From a virus: a DNA stretch of 64,000 nt. Positions 49,115-55,541 of this stretch are shown here, one piece after another. Position 1 is the first letter of the stretch. Each line of letters begins with the position of its first letter. The notes under the pieces are model-generated. The model was not told the DNA's origin. It searched no databases and saw nothing but the letters and a program-made list of their open reading frames with translations. Location of the stretch: positions 22,020-86,019 of IMG/VR virus record IMGVR_UViG_3300033388_007160; one strand, 5' to 3'. The translations under genes were made by a program, and so were the position numbers.

Positions 49115-49342
49115 TTAGGCTGTGGCAGCCCAAAGGTTCAAGGCGCTCAGTAGCTGCTCAAATACTTTCACCACCTTGCCTCGACCTGCTGGGAGCCGCA
49201 ACACATACTCTTCTTTTTCGGCGTCATAGTCGAGTTCGTAACCTGCTGCTTCTACTGCTCGGTCGAGGATATAGATATACGGCAGAAGAAATTCCTCCCA
49301 GTAGGTCACGTTGCCTTGCTCTACACGTAGACGCGCTTTCAT
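49115..49342 (-). CDS. First gene of the leftward operon, hypothetical
   Basis: GGGAAGGGGG RBS; promoter at 49381-49409. Confidence 0.65.
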   Translation of the reverse strand: MKARLRVEQGNVTYWEEFLLPYIYILDRAVEAAGYELDYDAEKEEYVLRLPAGRGKVVKVFEQLLSALNLWAATA

Positions 49343-49380
49343 GCTCGTTCCCCCTTCCCTGTCTCGCGCTTTCCACTCTC

Positions 49381-49409
49381 ATTATACCCACTCGCGCCGG
49401 GTGCTAAAC
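49381..49409 (-). promoter_or_regulatory. Repeated phage promoter motif, leftward operon
   Basis: GTTTAG-N14-GGGTATAAT. Confidence 0.7.
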
Positions 49410-49417
49410 ATGTTTTG

Positions 49418-49928
49418 TGTAACAACCTTGTTACATCCGGCGCCCGGCGCCAGTAATGCGCCTGCGCTCACCCAAAGCGCCGCTGCGGCGCAGCGCCTTT
49501 AGCGGCTTGTCACAATTGCCAAGCATTCGCAACAGCCAAGACTGTGTTACTGCAAATCGTGGGCAATAACGCAGGCCAAGCAGCTACTGCTGATTTGGGC
49601 CAAGCCCGGCCCAAGGCCTGAAGCTTAGCCTTGGACCTTCAGGCCTGGCCTTCGGCCTAGCCTTTATCGGCCTCCATTATATATATGTGCCAGTCGGGCC
49701 GGATTTAAACCTGCTGGGCCAGAAAATTTTCGGCTTTTCGGGCCGGGGCCTTGGGCCTGGCTTGAGGCGGGCCAGTCGGGCTGAGGCAGCCGGGCCGAGC
49801 CATATTGGGCTTGGCTGGCCAGGCCGAGCCAGCAAAGGCCGGGGCAATCGGGCTTGGGCCGGATCGGGCCGGGGCCTTCGGGCCGGATTAGGCCGAAGGC
49901 CGGGGCCGGATGTAACAACATGTTTACA
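49418..49928. repeat. Inverted repeats/operator-like palindromes enclosing a GGCC-saturated block
   Basis: TTGTTACATCCGGC (49428-41) is the reverse complement of 49905-18; palindrome TGTAACAAccTTGTTACA at 49418-35. Confidence 0.75.
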
Positions 49929-49964
49929 TCAGCATGTTTCGGGCCGGTTTAGGGTAGACTGGTC

Positions 49965-49994
49965 TTGACAGCCATTAGCGTGATATGCTATACT
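49965..49994 (+). promoter_or_regulatory. sigma70-type promoter
   Basis: TTGACA-N18-TATACT with extended TG. Confidence 0.7.
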
Positions 49995-50047
49995 GGGCCT
50001 TGACAATGGGCCTTGAGGCCCCCGAAGCTAAGTCGGAGGTGAGTCTA

Positions 50048-50266
50048 ATGTCTGAGAAACTCTACGAACTGGCCTGCCAACAGGCCGGGCCGGAGTTTGC
50101 GGAGTTAGTGCAGGATATTGCAATTGCAGTCCTTGACGAAATGGCCGCGGACGAACATGACCCAGAATGGCAGAAGGCCTTCAGCATTAACCGGGCCTTG
50201 AACTGGCTGAAGGCCAAGCGGGCCGTTGAGAAACTGGCTGCAGCATGGAAACAGGCTGAATCCTAA
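50048..50266 (+). CDS. Hypothetical protein
   Basis: GGAGGTGAG RBS. Confidence 0.6.
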   Translation: MSEKLYELACQQAGPEFAELVQDIAIAVLDEMAADEHDPEWQKAFSINRALNWLKAKRAVEKLAAAWKQAES

Positions 50267-50281
50267 GGGGAGGTGAGTCCA

Positions 50282-50908
50282 ATGTCAGTAACCTTTGACG
50301 TATGGCCTTGGGCCGACAAGCTAATGCTTCAATTGGGCTTGGCCAGCCAGGCCAAACTGGTCAGGCTGGCCAGGTGGGCCAGCCAGGCCTTGAAAGCCAA
50401 GCCCAAGTATGAGTATCGGGCCTATAAAGCTGATATCAAGGCCGAAGGCCCGGCCTTCAAGCTTGTGTGGATGGAAAAGCCTTCCGGGCCTTGCTGGCTT
50501 ATCTGGGCCAAGCCCAAGCAAGCTTGGGCCTGGCCTATGTGGACTGAAGGCTGCATCATCGAGCGTCAAGGCCGCTTGTGGCTGCAGGCCCGCGGGCTTG
50601 GCATGATTGAGATTGATAGCATAAGCCAAGCTATTCATATCCTTCTGGCCCGGCCCGGCCTTGGGCCTGCTGAGGCCCCGGCCTACAAGGCCGAGCCAGA
50701 TAACGGCAGGCCGGATCGGGCCATTGTCACAACCCTTGAAGGCAGCCAGATAACCTACTACTACAAGCCCGAACCGGGCTACTGGGCCAGGCAGACTTTG
50801 CAAGACAAGGCCCTGGCCCGAGCCTGGCCCAAGGTAGTTTCATCATATCGGGCTTTGATGAGGCTTGCCAGGGAAAAGCAGGCCCAAGTCAAGCGGGCCT
50901 TTGACTAA
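50282..50908 (+). CDS. Hypothetical protein with GGCC-rich coding sequence
   Basis: GGAGGTGAG RBS; followed by a terminator. Confidence 0.6.
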   Translation: MSVTFDVWPWADKLMLQLGLASQAKLVRLARWASQALKAKPKYEYRAYKADIKAEGPAFKLVWMEKPSGPCWLIWAKPKQAWAWPMWTEGCIIERQGRLWLQARGLGMIEIDSISQAIHILLARPGLGPAEAPAYKAEPDNGRPDRAIVTTLEGSQITYYYKPEPGYWARQTLQDKALARAWPKVVSSYRALMRLAREKQAQVKRAFD

Positions 50909-50920
50909 CAAACCCTCTTC

Positions 50921-50960
50921 GGGCCGGGCCAGCAGCATATCGGCCCGGCCCTTCTTTTTT
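50921..50960 (+). terminator. Intrinsic terminator
   Basis: GGGCCGGGCC/GGCCCGGCCC stem plus TTCTTTTTT. Confidence 0.75.
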
Positions 50961-51054
50961 GCCTGCCGGGCTTATCGAGAACCGTGAGCAAATGAGAATG
51001 AATAGCAAAGGAGAGGGAAGGGGAGTTGAGAGAGGTTTGCAGCAGCCAAAGAAC

Positions 51055-51233
51055 CCCCTCCCAACACCCATAAAGTTTGACATATGTCGTCCCCTCCCAA
51101 CACCCGTGAAGCCCGACATATGTCATCCTCCCCCAACATCCACGAAATCCGATATATGTCACCTCCCTCCCCAATGCTCACAAAAGCTTGGGCGTATGTC
51201 GCCTTAGCACTCACGAAGTCTGATATATGTTAT
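51055..51233. repeat. Degenerate ~36-bp tandem repeats, about 5 copies, iteron-like
   Basis: GA(C/T)ATATGTC-like core at 51079, 51115, 51151, 51191 and 51222. Confidence 0.85.
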
Positions 51234-51314
51234 GCCTGTGTTTGCTGGCTGTAGGGGATGGTGGGGAGTTTTGGTTCAACCGGGCTTCGCCGGGGGAGAA
51301 GGGAAGAGGTTGGG

Positions 51315-51365
51315 CCCTAGCTACCTATAGGATAAAACTACGTTTTATCCTATAGGTAGCTAGGG
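51315..51365. repeat. Perfect 24-bp inverted repeat with 3-nt centre
   Basis: CCCTAGCTACCTATAGGATAAAAC-TAC-GTTTTATCCTATAGGTAGCTAGGG. Confidence 0.95.
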
Positions 51366-51510
51366 TTGCCTCGCATGTTACTTTGTTGATAATTGCCGTC
51401 GGCGAATGGTATAAAGCAGGGCGTTTGTGGTAGGATGCGGCAGGATGTGGTAGGTTGTGTGGGTGGGAAGGGGCCGAAGTTGATACTTCCCTATGGGGAG
51501 AAGGTTATAG

Positions 51511-51539
51511 GTTTGAAAGGGCCTGGGCCGGGGCATACT
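51511..51539 (+). promoter_or_regulatory. Repeated phage promoter motif
   Basis: GTTTGA-N14-GGGCATACT. Confidence 0.5.
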
Positions 51540-51566
51540 TAAAACAAAAAAGGAGCGGGATAGGCG

Positions 51567-51872
51567 ATGGCCGGTGAGAAACCCCTGTGGCATATGGAGC
51601 TTATCGTTACGACGAAGGAGGAAGTTAGGCTGGATGGGCGGGCCTGCCCGGCGGCTGGCATCCTCGCTCTGTGGTTTGAACAGGGCAAGGACTGTGTGCT
51701 TTATATCCCCGTGAAGATGCTGGAGGACATGTTCGGGGCCTGCCCGGATGTGCTGGATGTGGCCATCTCCGGCAAGGCTCATCTGGATGGCACATATACC
51801 TTCGTTACGGTGCAGGCGGACGAAGGAGGGGAACTGGCGGTTTACGCTCAGGGCCCGATAGCTCGGTCATAA
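51567..51872 (+). CDS. Hypothetical protein
   Basis: AAGGAG RBS. Confidence 0.6.
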   Translation: MAGEKPLWHMELIVTTKEEVRLDGRACPAAGILALWFEQGKDCVLYIPVKMLEDMFGACPDVLDVAISGKAHLDGTYTFVTVQADEGGELAVYAQGPIARS

Positions 51873-51903
51873 CGATCTGCTTTTTTGAATCTAACTAGAG
51901 GCC

Positions 51904-52470
51904 CTACGAAGGTTTGCCATTCATCACAGTCTTCCTCCATGACCGCCAAGCTTTCTGTTTGGGACCGAAGGCCTTCACCGTATGCCACTGTTTGGTGCGG
52001 CCTGCACGCCAGGCCAGGAAGATGGGCGTGCCGGTTGCGTTAACCGCTTTCTGGATGGCCTTCTCCCAGGCCTGATAGCGATGGTCGTCCTTCAGATGGG
52101 CCAGCACAAGTTCTATGACCGCGAGGAACAAAGGCTGATTAGAGAGAGGCAGCGGCCCGATGTATATGGCACCGCCGTTGCGCAGGCGGCCTTCGGCTAT
52201 CATCCGGCCCAAACGGCGGTTGAATTGGTCTTTGATGGAACATAGGGCCACGCCAACCTGACCGGATGAAGAGTCATATGCTATCGTCATACCGCCATGA
52301 GGCAGAGGCTGCTTCCCATCCTGCAGCAACCTGTAGTGGAATATCTTCGCCTCTTCGTGGTCTTCAGCCCAGTCGTGATACGTTACCACAAGAGGTTCAG
52401 GCTGGCCGGGGTCAAGGACATCTGCTTGATACTTGAACTCTATGCCGGGGTTCCAAGCTCCCCTTCCCAT
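51904..52470 (-). CDS. Conserved phage hypothetical protein
   Basis: GVALCSIKDQFNRRLGRMIAEGRL motif; AAAGGAGG RBS. Confidence 0.7.
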   Translation of the reverse strand: MGRGAWNPGIEFKYQADVLDPGQPEPLVVTYHDWAEDHEEAKIFHYRLLQDGKQPLPHGGMTIAYDSSSGQVGVALCSIKDQFNRRLGRMIAEGRLRNGGAIYIGPLPLSNQPLFLAVIELVLAHLKDDHRYQAWEKAIQKAVNATGTPIFLAWRAGRTKQWHTVKAFGPKQKAWRSWRKTVMNGKPS

Positions 52471-52506
52471 GCTTATCCTCCTTTCGCATGATAGGCTATC
52501 ACAGTT

Positions 52507-52536
52507 AGTATACCATGCAGGATAGGCCGGTTAAAC
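52507..52536 (-). promoter_or_regulatory. Repeated phage promoter motif
   Basis: GTTTAA-N15-TGGTATACT. Confidence 0.6.
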
Positions 52537-52537
52537 A

Positions 52538-52612
52538 TGGTGGCCCCGACGGGATTCGAACCCGTGTTACCGCCTTGAAAGAGCGGCGTCCTAGCCACTA
52601 GACGACAGGGCC
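52538..52612 (-). tRNA. tRNA-Glu (UUC)
   Basis: Full cloverleaf; anticodon loop CTTTCAA; GGTTCGAATCC; encoded CCA. Confidence 0.95.
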
Positions 52613-52621
52613 ACCATCGGC

Positions 52622-54124
52622 TTATTCGAGGACAGGCCCTTCTGGCCCTTCCCAGTTTTCGATCACATCAACCAACTTATCCCAAACGAGGATGACCTTG
52701 AAGATGTTATCATTGAAGCCGCCGATGTCAAGAATGCGTGGATTCTGCGGCAGGTCGCTGGTGCCGTATGGGGCCAAGCAGACATTGACTACCCGAAGCT
52801 CCGGATTAAGGCCCAGAAGCTTTTTGATAGCCTCCCCCGCGTAGCCCCAGCTACCTGGCAACCAGGACTGCTCATCCGTAAGTATCACCACATAGTCAAG
52901 CTGGTTAGCATAGGCTGCTACCTTCTCAATGGCCTCGGCCAAATTGGTGCCACCGCCATCAACGTAAATCTGCTTGAAGATGTCATATGTTCGACTGGAG
53001 CGGCTGACTTTGCATTGTTGGGCCCCAGTGCCATAGCTGATTATCACGCCATTCTGAGCCTTCTTGAACGCTGCAGCAGCAAACAATCGGGCCACATCAA
53101 CCCGGCTGACCATTGACCTTGCACTCAAGAAGCCCAACATGCTGCCGCTCGTATCCACAAGCACACCTACACGGCCCAGTGAAGGCACATTGTCTGTTGC
53201 TATTTCTATGGCTTCAATCAGGGCGTCTTCGGCTTCCTGCTTGGCAGCCAAACTGATGTTCTCGTCTTCCAACTGCTGCACGCTTGCCAAGGCAGCCAGG
53301 AAACGGAACGGCATAATCTTGGGATGTCGGGCTGCTGCCAGAACTTTTTCTCTGTCAATTGGCACATTATGTTTAAGCAAGTTGCGCAGGTTGCGAATAT
53401 AAGCCATGGGCGGCATGATTTCAGCAGCCCTCATCCAAGTCTCATGGTTGCTGCCATAAGCGCTGATAAGAGATTCCCAAGTGGTGGCCTTGCCTTCCGC
53501 GTGGGCCTTAATCTCCTCAGGCGTATCTTCACCAACCTTGCCGGTTACAATCCACCTGAATGCGGCGGCCTGGGCTGCATCCTTGGGCTTCGGGTGAATA
53601 ACGTTCAGCACATCAACAAGGCTCCATTCGCGAGTTTTGCCACGATATTTGATAATCTCATACGGCGTCAAAGCTTGTAGCCTCTTGGCAATTGCTCTTC
53701 GCAGGGCCATAGGGATGGGGCCGCCATATACCTCTTTATATATAGCCAGTACTTCAGCGGGTTCATCGGCCCGTGCCATGATAACCGGCCCCCACTTGGC
53801 AACCCATGGCTTAGGTGCACATTCGTGGACTGGGTGCCCTGCCATCACAGCCAGCAAGAACTGCGGGGCCGTCCTCATGCCAAGTTCATGACGCAGCCAT
53901 GCAGCCAGCTTCAGCACGAATTCGGGGTCTTTGGTCCCAACTTCCAGCGCCAGATTCTTGATGGCCTCAGTGACTTCATGTTTGGTTGCGTAGAAGGTAT
54001 CTTCAAAGAAGTGTGTGGCACACCGCAGTGCCAGCTCCAGCTTGGGTGGATACTTGTAGGCCGGAGCCCCTTCATAGTTGACTGTCTTGCCTGCAGCCCG
54101 CTTAGGCTTGTTGAACTTAGCCAT
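52622..54124 (-). CDS. Ro60/Rsr TROVE-vWA RNA-binding protein
   Basis: NYEGAPAY; FVLKLAAWLRHELGMR; RADE; DVLNVIHPKP; TWES.IS; MAYIRNLRN; PFRF; vWA DTSGSM, GGTN and LTDEQ. Confidence 0.93.
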   Translation of the reverse strand: MAKFNKPKRAAGKTVNYEGAPAYKYPPKLELALRCATHFFEDTFYATKHEVTEAIKNLALEVGTKDPEFVLKLAAWLRHELGMRTAPQFLLAVMAGHPVHECAPKPWVAKWGPVIMARADEPAEVLAIYKEVYGGPIPMALRRAIAKRLQALTPYEIIKYRGKTREWSLVDVLNVIHPKPKDAAQAAAFRWIVTGKVGEDTPEEIKAHAEGKATTWESLISAYGSNHETWMRAAEIMPPMAYIRNLRNLLKHNVPIDREKVLAAARHPKIMPFRFLAALASVQQLEDENISLAAKQEAEDALIEAIEIATDNVPSLGRVGVLVDTSGSMLGFLSARSMVSRVDVARLFAAAAFKKAQNGVIISYGTGAQQCKVSRSSRTYDIFKQIYVDGGGTNLAEAIEKVAAYANQLDYVVILTDEQSWLPGSWGYAGEAIKKLLGLNPELRVVNVCLAPYGTSDLPQNPRILDIGGFNDNIFKVILVWDKLVDVIENWEGPEGPVLE

Positions 54125-54143
54125 CGAAATTCGTCCTCCTTTC

Positions 54144-54182
54144 AAAATAAAAAGCGCCGTCCCGCACGATGCGAGACGACGC
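54144..54182 (-). terminator. Intrinsic terminator/attenuator immediately upstream of the Ro60 RBS
   Basis: GCGUCGUCUCGCA-UCG-UGCGGGACGGCGC, 13 bp with 2 G.U, plus UUUUUAUUUU. Confidence 0.85.
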
Positions 54183-54219
54183 CCCGTCTATGGGCTGAGA
54201 GCCCGGAGGTTGAATGCTA

Positions 54220-54293
54220 TTGGCACGAGAATAACGACAACGGCACGGTTCAGCTCCAAAGGCTGAAGTAACCGTTGTCTCGCATCGTGCCAA
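54220..54293 (-). ncRNA. Y-RNA-like element, proximal
   Basis: Ends pair (GGCACGA/UCGUGCC); internal loop UGCGA; helix GACAACGG/CCGUUGUC; GGUUACUUC motif shared with the distal copy; adjacent to Ro60. Confidence 0.75.
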
Positions 54294-54318
54294 ACTTCTT
54301 TTGAATTTTCAAGGTTGA

Positions 54319-54416
54319 GCGCGTAGAGTATATTGGTTGCGGTACTTTTTCCAGCCGCCTCAATGGCGGAACCGGATTTCGAGTCCGGAAGTAACCGCAA
54401 CCTCGCAGCTACGCGC
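54319..54416 (-). ncRNA. Y-RNA-like element, distal, YrlA-like
   Basis: GCGCGUAG/CUACGCGC; UGCGA; GGUUGCGG/CCGCAACC; T-arm-like CCGGA-CUCGAAA-UCCGG; 5' end 7 nt from a -10 box. Confidence 0.8.
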
Positions 54417-54422
54417 AGGTTT

Positions 54423-54451
54423 AGTATACCACAATGCAGGCAATTCTAAAC
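54423..54451 (-). promoter_or_regulatory. Promoter of the Y RNA-Ro60-tRNA operon
   Basis: GTTTAG-N14-TGGTATACT. Confidence 0.75.
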
Positions 54452-54465
54452 ACTGGTGAAGCAAA

Positions 54466-55086
54466 GTGCTGGCTATAATCAGTTTGGCTCTGTCTTTAGC
54501 CCAAGCGCCCAACTTGGCACTCATCTACCATACCGACAGGCTTTTCAGTTACCGCCTCGTGGCCGACCGGCCCCTGCCCAAAGGCAGCCTGCTTATCCTT
54601 ATTACTAAGAGTCCCCTGCAGGCCACCGGCCCCGCTTTGAGCTGGAAGAAAACGATTTACTTCGGCAGCATTGCTGCTTGGCGAAAGACAGACGAACGAA
54701 TCAGACGTTATTACCAGTCATTCGACGTAACGACGTGCTATCCGGCCAGGCTGGGCAAGATTTTCTGGGTTCTTGCCACACCTTCTGGTTGTTGGTGGGG
54801 CGTTTGCTGGGGGCCATGCAGTCCGATGCGGTATAATAGTTTTGGGCACGCGAGTGGGCTCGGCGGCGGGGAGAGCCGATGTGCGCCCCGCTGCACGCGG
54901 GTTCGAATCCCGCCGTGTCCACCAGCGTTCAAGTTTGTGAACAGGCCCAGCAGGGTAAACTCTCCACGAAATGAAGAGGAAGGTTCAGCGAATCATCAAT
55001 GCCCTCAACCGCTGGTGGGAACTGCGCCGGTTCCCCGAGAGGCTGAAGTATCAACGTTTTCTGGAGCGCAATCTCTTCAATCTTGA
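54466..55086 (+). CDS. Possible secreted protein; true 3' end probably before ~54830
   Basis: Signal-peptide-like N-terminus; C-terminal part overlaps an RNA gene and the next ORF. Confidence 0.3.
   Translation: MLAIISLALSLAQAPNLALIYHTDRLFSYRLVADRPLPKGSLLILITKSPLQATGPALSWKKTIYFGSIAAWRKTDERIRRYYQSFDVTTCYPARLGKIFWVLATPSGCWWGVCWGPCSPMRYNSFGHASGLGGGESRCAPRCTRVRIPPCPPAFKFVNRPSRVNSPRNEEEGSANHQCPQPLVGTAPVPREAEVSTFSGAQSLQS
54844..54924 (+). ncRNA. Mini tmRNA-like RNA, tRNA-like domain only (copy 2)
   Basis: GGGCACG/CGTGTCC acceptor with G3.U70; no D-stem; 8-bp helix; GCGGG-TTCGAAT-CCCGC; ACCA; TATAAT at 54832-37. Confidence 0.8.
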
Positions 55087-55306
55087 TGAAAACGGCGACA
55101 TAAACACGATACTCGGCCACTGGATACATATCCGCCGAAGGTCGGATGGTCGCTTCAATCAGCGTGATATACAGGACGCCTTGCGGAACCTCGACCTGCT
55201 GATTGAAACGGCCAGCTTCATGAAAGAAGTCATTCAAAATCTTGAACAAGAAGCGGAGAGTGAAGGGCATGGAGTCGAGACGGAGCGAACTGTGCGTGAA
55301 CGTTGA
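54971..55306 (+). CDS. Hypothetical protein
   Basis: 111-aa ORF in operon. Confidence 0.5.
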   Translation: MKRKVQRIINALNRWWELRRFPERLKYQRFLERNLFNLDENGDINTILGHWIHIRRRSDGRFNQRDIQDALRNLDLLIETASFMKEVIQNLEQEAESEGHGVETERTVRER

Positions 55307-55541
55307 AGTTGACCCGCTGAGCCATCTTTTTGAGTATCCCGAAGTCGTGGAATATTTCAAGCAGGGCAAACTCAGCATAGCCCCGCAGAAGGCTGCATTA
55401 CAGATAGGAGCTGTTTCGCTTATCTCATATGGCGACGATTCGGCTGATGCGTTGCGACGCTTGGTTTATATGTGCAAGGCTATCAGCGTGGAATACAGTT
55501 TGTTGCGCCGTTTCTTCCTTACAGGAGGAGATAAAGAATGA
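55269..55541 (+). CDS. Hypothetical protein
   Basis: GGAG RBS; ATGA overlap with the kinase gene. Confidence 0.5.
   Translation: MESRRSELCVNVEVDPLSHLFEYPEVVEYFKQGKLSIAPQKAALQIGAVSLISYGDDSADALRRLVYMCKAISVEYSLLRRFFLTGGDKE

Noticed and set aside
49664-49968. ORFs within the GGCC block
   Set aside because: Low-complexity G/P/R/A translations with no RBS, explained by the DNA motif.
51055-51233. CRISPR array
   Set aside because: The units are contiguous degenerate repeats without unique spacers, and there is no cas operon.
51315-51365. Protelomerase telRL site or terminator as a firm call
   Set aside because: No protelomerase is seen, the centre is an asymmetric 3 nt, and there is no U tract.
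51904-52470. Anti-defence nucleotide-sponge assignment
   Set aside because: The motif is only loosely similar to such families and cannot be supported without a profile or structure search.
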